38,518 bases of DNA, taken from contig CALMOP010000182.1 in the NCBI GenBank assembly GCA_937871775.1, positions 1-38,518 on the forward strand. The letters are read 5' to 3'. The position numbers and the translations under genes were made by a program. Source of the DNA: an uncultured Gemmatimonadota bacterium. Lineage in GTDB: Bacteria > Gemmatimonadota > Gemmatimonadetes > Gemmatimonadales > GWC2-71-9. A model generated the notes under the pieces. The model was not told the DNA's origin, ran no database searches, and saw only the letters and a program-made list of their open reading frames with translations. Positions 8,077 through 17,103 of the stretch are shown here, piece after piece; position 1 is the first letter of the stretch; every line of letters starts with the position of its first letter.

Positions 8077-8950
8077 CGCAGGTCACCACATAGATGGGTG
8101 CCGGCGGGGTTCCGGACGGCCGCTCGCTGGTCAGCAACAGCCGGGTCTGGTCCAGCCAGACGATGCCTTCCCCCTGGGGGCCGTAACCCGCCGCATGGCA
8201 GGCCACTGGAGGGCCTAACCGTCCGGTCGGGAACAGCGGAAAGACGTACACCTCGGCGTAGGTCCGGATCGCAACCCGCCTGCCGTCCGGTGCCAGGGCA
8301 GCATCGGTCACCCAGCGTCCCAGTCCGTGGTCCGGCCGCAGCGGCAGCTCCTGCACCGGGATGGCGGTCAGGATCTGGTTGGAGCCAAACCCGTCGGCGG
8401 GCAGGCGGAACATCGTGATCGGTCCGTTCCGCCCCTTGGTGATCAGGTTGGGACGGCCGTCCTGGTCGATCCACAGTGCCTCAACGTCGTGAGGTCCATC
8501 GAGGTACCGGAAGGTCAGCGAGTCGAGATCGAGCGGGGTTGAGTCACTGGCCCCCTGGAACCGGGCCAGCGAAGCCGGCTCCCGGAGCCGGTACAGCACC
8601 ACTGTCGAGCGCCGTTCCAGATTGTCGCCGACGTCGCCGATGTAGAGACAGGACCCGACGGGGCAGGGGCCCCGGGACAGGGCCTCCCAATCCTGGTTCA
8701 GAAGGCCTGGGATGCGCCAGGTGCCCAGCGACTGGCCGCTCGAATCAATGGCGAAGAGGCTGGCGTCGTTGCCGGAATCATTCAGGGTGTACAGCACCCG
8801 GGGCATGAACGAGCTCAGGGCGACTCCGGAGCTTTCATCAATCCGGGGGTCCTGGAAGGCCCCGGTCCGGATCCCGGTCGCCGGCAGGTGAATGGACTGT
8901 TGAGCGGTAAGACCGGCAGGGAGCAGCAGCAGGACCAGCCAGCGGGGCAT
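8069..8950 (-). CDS. Secreted hypothetical protein, beta-propeller-like
   Basis: Signal peptide MPRWLVLLLLPAGLTAQQ from ATG 8950. Repeated DxSG / YIGDVGDN-type strands. Family not recognised with certainty. Confidence 0.55.
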   Translation of the reverse strand: MPRWLVLLLLPAGLTAQQSIHLPATGIRTGAFQDPRIDESSGVALSSFMPRVLYTLNDSGNDASLFAIDSSGQSLGTWRIPGLLNQDWEALSRGPCPVGSCLYIGDVGDNLERRSTVVLYRLREPASLARFQGASDSTPLDLDSLTFRYLDGPHDVEALWIDQDGRPNLITKGRNGPITMFRLPADGFGSNQILTAIPVQELPLRPDHGLGRWVTDAALAPDGRRVAIRTYAEVYVFPLFPTGRLGPPVACHAAGYGPQGEGIVWLDQTRLLLTSERPSGTPPAPIYVVTCDG

Positions 8951-8997
8951 GCCGAATGGTAGCCGCAGCTCCCGTCCCCGGCCACAGAGCACTCCGA

Positions 8998-10242
8998 TCA
9001 GCGCGGCACCGCCTGCCGGGACCGGCGCCGGGCTGGTGAGGGGAGCCGGCTGGCGACCTGGACCATTGGGACGGCCAGGCGAGGTCGGAAGATCCGTGGA
9101 TCGTACGAGGACCGGGCGTTCCAGAGTACCCAGGCATGGATCCCCAGGTCGGCCGCGGCCGCAATCTGCAGCCGGACTCGGTCGGGGGTGTAGCGGGGTG
9201 ACCCCAGGGTGAAAGCCTGCAGGTAGGGACGAACCTCCGCCACGCGCCCGCCGAGCCGGCGGTTCCGGCGCAGCGCGTCCGAGAGCGCGCCCTTCACGAT
9301 CTCATAGGGCTCGCTGTTGGGGTGGGTCACCCCGTAGATCGCGTGGGAGTAGTGGCTGGGGTAGACCATGGGGAGTACCACGTCGGCCGTGGTGACCAGG
9401 TCTTCCCAGATCTGACCTATGCCCATATCCACCTCGGCGTTGGTGGACATGCCGAAGACGTCGATCGTGAACGGGACGCCGAGCGGCTTCACCAGGTGGC
9501 GCAGCAGGCGCAGGTTCCGGGCGAGGCCCTTCCGGATCGTCTCGCCCGGGCGACGGGAGGGGAACACCGCACTGGCCATGTGGGCCCGGGGTTCATCGGG
9601 GAAGCGCACGTAGTCGAACTGGATCTCGGCGAAACCCTTGCGCACCGCCTCAGCGGCGAGCGCGGCGGCATAGACCCAGACCGAGTCGTTGTAGGCATCG
9701 ACCCACGCGAAGTTCAGCCGGTCCCGCCACAGCCCGCCGTTCCGATCCTGGATCGACCAGGACCACTTGCCGGCGGCCAGCAGGGGATCCTTCGCGACCA
9801 CGATGCGGGCGATCGGGTGGATGCCATGGGCGCGGAGCAGCCGCAGCCGCTGCTCCGCATCTGGGGCCCGGATTTGACGATTGGCCCCGATCTGGACTGC
9901 CGTGGCCACGGTCGAGGGGTAGGTGAGGTAGCCGGTGTCGTCCTTGACGTCGATGACGAGGCTGTTGATTTCGGTGCTGTCGGCCAGGCGCACCAAGTCG
10001 AAGAACCGGCTGCTGCCGAAGGCCCAGGCGTTCACGTACAGCGCTCGAACCGCGGCCGGGGGCCGGCTCAGGGGCGGGGCGGGCCAGACCAGGGGCTCGA
10101 GCTTACGGGAGGCCACGGAGCGCATCGGCTCGGAGCTGGGGACCGGTCCCAGCTCGTCCCCCCAGCTCTCGCCGGCCCGCTGGCCGACCACGGGGGCCGC
10201 CAGGACGGAGAGGCCGAACGCGAGAAAGGTTGCGCGACGCAT
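8998..10242 (-). CDS. Putative glycoside hydrolase (DUF4015 / GHL-type TIM barrel), secreted
   Basis: Signal peptide MRRATFLAFGLSVLAAPVVG from ATG 10242. Also ALYVNAWAFGS...LVIDVKDDTGYLTY and EIQFDYVRFPDE motifs. Confidence 0.7.
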   Translation of the reverse strand: MRRATFLAFGLSVLAAPVVGQRAGESWGDELGPVPSSEPMRSVASRKLEPLVWPAPPLSRPPAAVRALYVNAWAFGSSRFFDLVRLADSTEINSLVIDVKDDTGYLTYPSTVATAVQIGANRQIRAPDAEQRLRLLRAHGIHPIARIVVAKDPLLAAGKWSWSIQDRNGGLWRDRLNFAWVDAYNDSVWVYAAALAAEAVRKGFAEIQFDYVRFPDEPRAHMASAVFPSRRPGETIRKGLARNLRLLRHLVKPLGVPFTIDVFGMSTNAEVDMGIGQIWEDLVTTADVVLPMVYPSHYSHAIYGVTHPNSEPYEIVKGALSDALRRNRRLGGRVAEVRPYLQAFTLGSPRYTPDRVRLQIAAAADLGIHAWVLWNARSSYDPRIFRPRLAVPMVQVASRLPSPARRRSRQAVPR

Positions 10243-10328
10243 GGAGCTCCCCAGGCCAAAAAGACCGAACAGGCGGCCGAAGGGGCCGCCTGACGACTGC
10301 GGGGGCAATTCCTATGCGCAGCGGGAGT

Positions 10329-11726
10329 TCAAGGTTTGGGAGCGACTCGGATTTCGACGCGTCGATTGATGCGGCGCGCGACCTCGGAGGTGTCAGGCAC
10401 TATCAGTTCGAGCGAGCCCCGTCCAACCGCGGTGATCCGAGTCACAGGGACTCCCCGCCTGACCAGGTAGCGCCCGACCGCCTCGGCACGCTGGGCGGAC
10501 AGCCGGGTGTTGTCGGCGGGGACCAGGCGGTCCTGGGCGTATCCATGGATGACCACGACCGTGCTCGTGTCCGCCTTCAGGGCCCTCGCGAGCGAATCGA
10601 GCATGGGGAAGGCAGTACTGTCGAGGATGGCCCGGCGGGCGCCCCACACGGTTCCCGGCAGGACCAGCGCGGGCACCAGATCCATGCTGTCCAGGGCGGT
10701 GGTGTCCCGGGCCCGCGCCGGCGCGCCCACATGGCAGCCGGTGCCGTCGACCGCGGCGCCCGGTGGGGTCTCAGGACAGACATCGAGGCCATCCGGGATG
10801 CCATCGGCGTCGGCATCGCTGGGACAGCCCAGGGCGTCAACCGTCGAACCGGTCGGGGTGTCGGAGCAGCGATCTACCCCGTCCACCACCCCGTCCCCAT
10901 CCTGATCGGTGGCGCAGCCCCGCAGGTCCACGATTCCCCCCGGCGGGGTGTCGGTGCACTCATCCAGGCCGTCCAGCACCCCGTCGTTATCGCTGTCCTG
11001 GGTGCAGCCTGCCCCATCCACCGCGGCCTTGCTGACGGTATTGGGACAGCGGTCCAGGCCGTCGGGGACTCCGTCGCCATCGCGGTCGGTGGGGCAACCA
11101 TGCTTGTCGGTAAGCGAGCCGAGCGGGGTGGCCGGGCAGTCATCGTGACGGTCGTAGACCCGGTCGCCGTCGCTGTCGATCAGGGGCCGGCTGCCGATCA
11201 TGACGACCACGCCAGCCTGGGCCAGCGCATTGGTGAACTTCACATCGCCCACGCTGCTGCTGAGGGTCACGTCGTAGCGGAGCATCACCGTGGGTTTGAT
11301 GCTCTGGCGAAATCCGGCGCCGGCCTGGATCACACTGGTGGAGCCGCAGAGGCTGGCCCCCGGAATGGAGACGTCGGGGCAACTGCCGTAGGACTGGTGG
11401 CCGTACCCGGCCTTGAGCAGGAAGAGGCTGCGCAACCCGATCGGAAAGTTGGCCAGGCCCCACAGCCCTACCGCCGACGTCGACACGCTTCCCCCGAGGG
11501 GGGCGCTGCTGGTGGGGTGGGCCACCAATCCCTCCAGCTCCACGCCGAACCGCTCGTTGAGCCAATAGCCGGCCCGAATGCCCGCGCCCGGTGCCGATCC
11601 CAACTCCAGTTTGCTGTCGAAGGCGTGATAGCCGACCGTCCCGCTCAGCTCCAGCCGATACTCCCGTTGGGCCTCCAGCGGGAGCGCGAGCAGCGAGGGA
11701 AGCAGGAGAAGGGTGGACCGAAGCAT
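10329..11726 (-). CDS. OmpA-family outer-membrane protein with five thrombospondin type-3 (TSP3) Ca-binding repeats
   Basis: Signal peptide MLRSTLLLLPSLLALPLEAQ from ATG 11726, then a beta-barrel-like N-terminal region. Five DxDxDGxxDxxDxC repeats follow. The OmpA C-terminal domain contains NTRLSAQRAEAVGRYL. Confidence 0.85.
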   Translation of the reverse strand: MLRSTLLLLPSLLALPLEAQREYRLELSGTVGYHAFDSKLELGSAPGAGIRAGYWLNERFGVELEGLVAHPTSSAPLGGSVSTSAVGLWGLANFPIGLRSLFLLKAGYGHQSYGSCPDVSIPGASLCGSTSVIQAGAGFRQSIKPTVMLRYDVTLSSSVGDVKFTNALAQAGVVVMIGSRPLIDSDGDRVYDRHDDCPATPLGSLTDKHGCPTDRDGDGVPDGLDRCPNTVSKAAVDGAGCTQDSDNDGVLDGLDECTDTPPGGIVDLRGCATDQDGDGVVDGVDRCSDTPTGSTVDALGCPSDADADGIPDGLDVCPETPPGAAVDGTGCHVGAPARARDTTALDSMDLVPALVLPGTVWGARRAILDSTAFPMLDSLARALKADTSTVVVIHGYAQDRLVPADNTRLSAQRAEAVGRYLVRRGVPVTRITAVGRGSLELIVPDTSEVARRINRRVEIRVAPKP

Positions 11727-11877
11727 GTACGCCCGAAGGTTGGGGAACCGCCTGCCGTTAGATAGTGCCTTTTGCCGGAGGGGCCCGCAAGGGGGCGTGC
11801 CGTTCCAGGGTAGAGCGGTCCGGTCGGGGTGGTTACCTTGCTCCTCCGGTGGTCCAGCACCCAAACGGGTAGCCGTC

Positions 11878-12105
11878 ATGCACGTGACGATCGAATACTG
11901 CGTCGTTTGAAACTATGAGCCCCGGGCCGCCGGTCTGGCGGCCGAGCTCCGACGGGCGTACCCCGAGGCGGAAGTGCGCCTGCTGCCGTCGTCCGGCGGC
12001 GTGTTCGAGGTCGTGGCCGACGGGACTCTGGTCTTTTCCAAGCGGACGACCGGGCGGCACGCCGCCCCCGGAGAAGTGCTGGAAGCGATCCGCAACCGAT
12101 CGTAA
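11878..12105 (+). CDS. SelW/Rdx-family selenoprotein, 75 codons, with TGA(Sec) at codon 11 (11908-11910)
   Basis: MHVTIEYCVV-U-NYEPRAAGLAAELRRAYPEAEVRLLPSSGGVFEVVADGTLVFSKRTTGRHAAPGEVLEAIRNRS in a single frame to TAA at 12103-12105. It shows the CxxU redox motif plus the Rdx signature (LxPxxGGxFEV, DGxLxFSK, GRxxxP). A SECIS-like hairpin follows the TGA. Confidence 0.8.
11917..11949 (+). other. Bacterial SECIS-like stem-loop
   Basis: Lower stem GAGC (11917-20) pairs with GCTC (11946-49). Upper 7-bp stem GGCCGCC (11925-31) pairs with GGCGGCC (11937-43). The apical loop is GGTCT, the same GGUC-type loop as E. coli fdhF. The upper stem starts 14 nt after the TGA. Confidence 0.65.
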
Positions 12106-12141
12106 ACCGGCCGCGCCCCAGGACGCTCAACCCCGAGCCAG

Positions 12142-13221
12142 ATGCGTATTGCGATTTCCACCGGCGGCGGTGACGCCCCCGGGCTGAATGCGGTGATCCG
12201 CGCGGTGGTGCTCTCGGCGCACACCCGGGGCTGGCAGACCTATGGGATCCGCCGCGGATACGGCGGCCTCCTTGGCGACGATGGGGTCATGAGTCTGACG
12301 CCGGACAAGGTGCGGGGCATCACCCATCTCGGCGGCACCATCCTGGGGACCACCAATCGGGGCAACCCCTTCCGGTGGGTGGTCCGGGCCGCGGATGGGA
12401 CCGAGAGCGAACTCGACCGGTCCGACGACCTGGTGGCCGCCTTCCACGCCAGCGGTTTCGAGGCCCTGATCTCGATCGGTGGGGATGGCAGCCTCAAGAT
12501 TGCCTACGACCTGCACCGCAAAGGGCTGCCGGTAGTCGGGATTCCCAAGACCATCGACAACGACGTCTCCGGCACGCTGGCGACCTTCGGGTTCGACACT
12601 GCCGTTTCCACCGCCACCGAGGCGATCGACAAGCTCCATTCCACCACCGAGAGCCACGAGCGGGTGATGGTGGTGGAACTCATGGGGCGGGACGCGGGCT
12701 GGATCGCGCTGCACTCCGGCATCGCCGCCAGCGCGGACGTAATCCTGCTTCCCGAGATCCCGTTCGACATCGCAAAGGTGTGTGCCAAGATCGTCGCCCG
12801 GGAGCAGGCGGGTCGCCATTTCAGCATCGTGGTGGTTGGGGAAGGGGCCCGCCCCCTCGATGGGCAGGCCCTGGTCCTCGAGCGCCGGGCTGCCGGCACG
12901 GTCGACCGCCTGGGCGGCATTGGGTCCCTGGTGGCGCGGGGCATCGCGGAGCGTACCGGCAAGGAGACCCGCAGCCTGGTCCTGGGGCACCTGCAGCGCG
13001 GCGGGTCGCCCACCACGTTCGACCGCCTGCTGGCCCTCCGCTTCGGCGCGGCCGCGGTCCGGGCGGTGGCCGACCGGGCCTTCGGGGTCATGATCGGGTT
13101 CAATCCGCCGACCCTGGCCCGGGTGCCGCTCCAGGACGTCATCGGCCGGCCGAAGCGTGTGCCACTCGACTCGGATACCGTGCTGACTGCCCGGGCCCTG
13201 GGAATCAGCCTGGGGGACTGA
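12142..13221 (+). CDS. pfkA: 6-phosphofructokinase (phosphoryl-donor specificity unclear)
   Basis: MRIAISTGGGDAPGLNAVIRAVV, SIGGDGS and GIPKTIDNDV motifs. Gly at the E. coli position 104 but Lys at position 124. Confidence 0.9.
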   Translation: MRIAISTGGGDAPGLNAVIRAVVLSAHTRGWQTYGIRRGYGGLLGDDGVMSLTPDKVRGITHLGGTILGTTNRGNPFRWVVRAADGTESELDRSDDLVAAFHASGFEALISIGGDGSLKIAYDLHRKGLPVVGIPKTIDNDVSGTLATFGFDTAVSTATEAIDKLHSTTESHERVMVVELMGRDAGWIALHSGIAASADVILLPEIPFDIAKVCAKIVAREQAGRHFSIVVVGEGARPLDGQALVLERRAAGTVDRLGGIGSLVARGIAERTGKETRSLVLGHLQRGGSPTTFDRLLALRFGAAAVRAVADRAFGVMIGFNPPTLARVPLQDVIGRPKRVPLDSDTVLTARALGISLGD

Positions 13222-13325
13222 GCCCGATTCCCGGAAGGGCAGGGGCGGGGCGCACGGGCCCTCGGCGGTTGCCTGCGCTCACCCGGGTTACGGTTCCGCG
13301 CGGCTCACTTCTTCCGAACTTCCCC

Positions 13326-15416
13326 ATGCCCCGACCCCCGTACCCGCCGAGTCGCCGCGACCCCACCGTCGAGCTCCTGCACGGGATGCCGATCCCTGAT
13401 CCCTACCGCTGGCTCGAGGACGGCACCAGCTCGGAGACCCGCGACTGGACGGCGGCCCAGAACGCGCTCACCGAGTCCTGGCTGGGACGGGTACCCGGTC
13501 GGGAGACCATTCGGGCGCGACTCGAGACGTTGCTGGCCATCGATGCGCTTGGCGCCCCGACCCCGGCCGGTGGCCGGTACTTCCACATCCGCCGGCAGCA
13601 GTCCCAGAACCAGCCGATTCTGTATGTGCGCGAGGGCCTCCACGGGCCGGACCGGGTGCTGCTTGACCCTAACGCCCTGAACCGTGACGGCACGACGGCG
13701 CTCGACTGGTACTTCCCGAGTCCCGATGGCCGGATGCTGGCCTACGGCCTGTCGGATGACGGCAGCGAGCAGAGCGTCCTGCAGGTGCTGGAGGTCGCCA
13801 GCGGGCGAGTGCTGGGCGATCGGATCGACCGAACCAGAGCGGCCGACCTGGCGTGGCTCCCGGACGCGAGCGGATTCTATTACACCAGGTATCCCCGACC
13901 CGGCGAGGTCCCGGTCGTGGACGAGCCGTACCACCGGGCGGTCCACTTTCACCAGCTCGGCGCCGACCCCGCTGCAGATCCGCTGACCTTCCGGCCAGTC
14001 GAGCGGGAGCACTGGCCCGGCGTGAACCTGTCCCCGGATGGTCGCTGGCTGGTGATCAGCGTGGCGCGGACCTTCGACGCGGTGGACCTGTACCTGCTCG
14101 ATCGGGAGTCGGGGGCTGGTCCGGTCCCGGTGGTCCGGGACCAGCCGTACGCCTATCACGGGACCGTGGTTCGCGACCGCTTGTACATCAGGACCAACCA
14201 GGCCGCGCCGACCTATCGGCTGTACCTGGCAGATCCCCGGTCCCCGGAGCCGGCCGGCTGGCGCGAGATTGTCGCTCCACGACCGGACGCGGTCCTTGAT
14301 GGCATGCTGGTGACCCGGGAAACGCTGGCCCTGTCCTATCTGGAATGTGCCTCCTCCCGCCTCCGGCTGACCGACCTCGAGGGGGACCAGCTCCGGGAAC
14401 TCTCCCTGCCGGCGGTGGGCACCCTGTTCGGCTGGGGCGCGGAGCAGGACGGCGACGAGCTGTTCTACGGTTTCTCGTCCTACACCGTTCCCCCCGGGAT
14501 CCATCGCGTGGATCTGGTGGGTCAGCAGGCCGAGCTCTGGCAGGCGGTCGAGGCCGACATCGATCCAGACGCGTACCAGGTGCAGCAGCACTGGGTGGAC
14601 TCGCGGGACGGCACCAGGGTCTCGCTGTTCCTGGTGCATCAGCGCGGCCTGGCCCGTGACGGCAGCCATCCGGCGCTGGTCTGCGGGTACGGGGGGTTTG
14701 CGATCCCGATGACGCCGGGCTTCTCCCGCTCGTATCTGGCCTGGCTGGAACAGGGTGGGGTGCTGGCGGTGCCCAACCTGCGGGGCGGGGGGGAATACGG
14801 GGAGGCGTGGCACCAGGCCGGCATGCGGGAGCGGAAGCAGAACACATTCGACGACTGCATCGCCGTTCTGGAGTACCTGGTCCGGGAGGGTTACACCTCC
14901 CCGGCGCGGCTGGCCCTTCAGGGCGGCTCGAACGGGGGCCTGCTGGCCGGCGCGGTGCTGACCCAGCGGCCGGAGCTCTGCCGTGCGGTCGTCATCCAGG
15001 TCCCGCTGCTGGACATGCTGCGCTATCATCGGTTTCTCATCGCGCGACTGTGGATTCCCGAATACGGCTGCGCCGATGACGCGGAACAGTTCGCCTGGCT
15101 GTCTGGCTACTCTCCCTACCATCACGTCACCGAGGGCACCGCCTACCCTGCGGTCCTGTTGGCGACCGCCGAAAGCGACAGCCGGGTCGATCCCCTGCAT
15201 GCCCGGAAGATGACGGCCCGGCTTCAGGCCGCGACCACCTCGGAGCATCCGGTGCTGCTCCGGCTGGAGCAGCGCGCCGGGCACGGCGCCGGGAAGCCGA
15301 TGGCCAAGGTGCTGGCGGAGGCCACCGATCTGTGGGCCTTTCTGGCCAGCGAGCTGGGAGTGACCTGGCTGGCGCCGGGGCCCGGTGCTCTATCGCCTCC
15401 TCGCAGGGGGAAGTAG
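13326..15416 (+). CDS. Prolyl oligopeptidase (S9A)
   Basis: N-terminal PIPDPYRWLED, nucleophile GGSNGGLL, and C-terminal RVDP / GHGAGKP triad region. ATG 13326 was chosen. The listed 12375 start would overlap pfk out of frame. Confidence 0.9.
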   Translation: MPRPPYPPSRRDPTVELLHGMPIPDPYRWLEDGTSSETRDWTAAQNALTESWLGRVPGRETIRARLETLLAIDALGAPTPAGGRYFHIRRQQSQNQPILYVREGLHGPDRVLLDPNALNRDGTTALDWYFPSPDGRMLAYGLSDDGSEQSVLQVLEVASGRVLGDRIDRTRAADLAWLPDASGFYYTRYPRPGEVPVVDEPYHRAVHFHQLGADPAADPLTFRPVEREHWPGVNLSPDGRWLVISVARTFDAVDLYLLDRESGAGPVPVVRDQPYAYHGTVVRDRLYIRTNQAAPTYRLYLADPRSPEPAGWREIVAPRPDAVLDGMLVTRETLALSYLECASSRLRLTDLEGDQLRELSLPAVGTLFGWGAEQDGDELFYGFSSYTVPPGIHRVDLVGQQAELWQAVEADIDPDAYQVQQHWVDSRDGTRVSLFLVHQRGLARDGSHPALVCGYGGFAIPMTPGFSRSYLAWLEQGGVLAVPNLRGGGEYGEAWHQAGMRERKQNTFDDCIAVLEYLVREGYTSPARLALQGGSNGGLLAGAVLTQRPELCRAVVIQVPLLDMLRYHRFLIARLWIPEYGCADDAEQFAWLSGYSPYHHVTEGTAYPAVLLATAESDSRVDPLHARKMTARLQAATTSEHPVLLRLEQRAGHGAGKPMAKVLAEATDLWAFLASELGVTWLAPGPGALSPPRRGK

Positions 15417-15470
15417 GTTGGGACCTCAGCCTGCCCGCCGTTCCCGCCGCACCTCCGGAGCGTCACCCCG

Positions 15471-16013
15471 ATGACCGAAGCTCTCCCCGTTTCCGTTGGC
15501 ATGTCCTCCCCCAGCCGCTGGATGGCGGTGCTCCGGGTCTGCGTCGGGCTGTGGTTCTTGAAGGCGATCACCAGCAAGATGGATTTCGTGCTGCTGGGGG
15601 GATTCGTGCCATTCATCGGGGTCGAGCCGGAGTGGATCGTCCGGATGCCGGACCTCGTCGCCAGGCAGGCGGCGGAGAACCCCATCCTGTGGTACCGGGC
15701 GTTCCTGGAAGGGACGGTCCTGGCCCACAGGGAGTTCTACGCGCAGCTGGTGGCCTGGGGCGAGGTGCTGGTGGGGCTGTCGCTGACGCTGGGATGCCTG
15801 GCCGGTCTGGGCGCGCTGGGTGGCCTGTGGCTGACGCTCAATTACGGTCTGGCCACCTGGCACATGTCGCCGGCGGCGAAAGGCTTCCACTACACGCTGG
15901 CGGTCTGCCTGGTGGTGCTGTTCCTGGCCCGGTCGGGACGGGCCTGGGGATTGGACGCCTGGATCGGCTGGCGCTGGCCGGGCAGCCTGCTGGCGAAGCG
16001 GCCGATTTCGTAG
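15471..16013 (+). CDS. DoxX/DoxD-like integral membrane protein
   Basis: 180 aa with about four hydrophobic helices (WMAVLRVCVGLWFL, WGEVLVGLSLTLGCLAGLGALGGLWL, YTLAVCLVVLFL). Confidence 0.6.
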   Translation: MTEALPVSVGMSSPSRWMAVLRVCVGLWFLKAITSKMDFVLLGGFVPFIGVEPEWIVRMPDLVARQAAENPILWYRAFLEGTVLAHREFYAQLVAWGEVLVGLSLTLGCLAGLGALGGLWLTLNYGLATWHMSPAAKGFHYTLAVCLVVLFLARSGRAWGLDAWIGWRWPGSLLAKRPIS

Positions 16014-16015
16014 CG

Positions 16016-16050
16016 GGCGACAGGCGACAGGCGACAGGCGACAGGCGACG
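16016..16050. repeat. Heptanucleotide tandem array (GGCGACA x4 plus GGCGACG)
   Basis: It fills almost the whole 40-nt gap between the convergent stops at 16013 and 16054. Confidence 0.85.
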
Positions 16051-16053
16051 CCC

Positions 16054-17103
16054 TCACGGCCGACCGCTGATCGCTACCCCCCACGGGAACGAGCCGGCCG
16101 GGATCTTCCGGATCAGCGCCATGGTTGCGGTGTTCACCACACTCACATCGTTGGCAGGTCCGTTGGCGGTGTAGAGCTTCTGTTCGTCCGGGCTCAACGC
16201 GATGCCCCAGGGCCGGGTCCCGACCTCGACCGTCAGCGTCACCGTGTTGGTGGCGGGGTCGATGACCGACACGGTACCGCCCCGTCCGTTGGAGACGTAC
16301 ACCCGCTTCCCGTCCCGGGTCACCGCAATCCCCATGGGCCGGCTCCCCTCCGGCATCACGATGGTATCGATCACCCGGCTTCCCGCGATGTCCACAACCG
16401 ACACCGTTCCGCTGACCTCGTTGGTCACGTAGGCCCGCGAGCCGTCCGGCAGGAACCCGATGCCGCGGGGGCGCTTGCCGAGGATGTCGATGTCGGCCAC
16501 GGCCCGTCCGGTGGCGATGTCGACCCCGGTGATGTTGTGGGCGGACTCCCCGGTAACCCACACCGTCCTGCCGTCCGGTGCCAGGGTGACGCCTTCGGGC
16601 TCCCGACCGACCTTCACATTGGCCACCACCCGGCCGCTGGCTACATCGACGATGGTCGCCGAATCGGCGTCCTCGTTGGAGACGAACAGTCGGCCTCCGT
16701 CGGGGCTCAGGTCGAAGGTCTCGGGGTCGAGGCCGCCAGGCAGGACCCTGAGGGTCCGCCGGGTCACCGCGTCCACCACCGCGATCCCATCCAGGGAGCG
16801 ATCCGACTTCAGCTTCTCGCATTCGCTGTCGGGCATGGTTGGCGGGCACTTGGGGCTGCCGCTCAGGGCCACGTAGACGGTGCGTCCGTCGGGGCTCACC
16901 TTCACGCCGCGAGGCCTGGTCCCCACCGGGATGGTCGCCACGACGCTGTCGGTCGCGAGGTCGATGACAGTGAGGTTCCGGGAGTCCTCATTGGTGACAT
17001 AGGCCAGCGCCTCACCAGCGGTGGGGCCGGGCCGAGCCTCGTCGCGGCGGCAGCCGGTGAGGGGGAGCAGGCCGAGGGACACCAGGAGCAGGTGGCGGTT
17101 CAT
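16054..17103 (-). CDS. YVTN-type beta-propeller lipoprotein (PQQ-dehydrogenase-associated type)
   Basis: Lipoprotein signal MNRHLLLVSLGLLPLTGC. Repeated ~40-aa units carry YVTNE / YVSN / YTAN and PxGIA(V/L)SPDG motifs. Confidence 0.8.
   Translation of the reverse strand: MNRHLLLVSLGLLPLTGCRRDEARPGPTAGEALAYVTNEDSRNLTVIDLATDSVVATIPVGTRPRGVKVSPDGRTVYVALSGSPKCPPTMPDSECEKLKSDRSLDGIAVVDAVTRRTLRVLPGGLDPETFDLSPDGGRLFVSNEDADSATIVDVASGRVVANVKVGREPEGVTLAPDGRTVWVTGESAHNITGVDIATGRAVADIDILGKRPRGIGFLPDGSRAYVTNEVSGTVSVVDIAGSRVIDTIVMPEGSRPMGIAVTRDGKRVYVSNGRGGTVSVIDPATNTVTLTVEVGTRPWGIALSPDEQKLYTANGPANDVSVVNTATMALIRKIPAGSFPWGVAISGRP

Noticed and set aside
12375-13325. N-terminal 317-codon extension of the prolyl-oligopeptidase ORF
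   Set aside because: It overlaps pfk in another frame and reads as RGPG-type low complexity. The conserved POP N-terminus (PIPDPYRWLED) begins just after ATG 13326.
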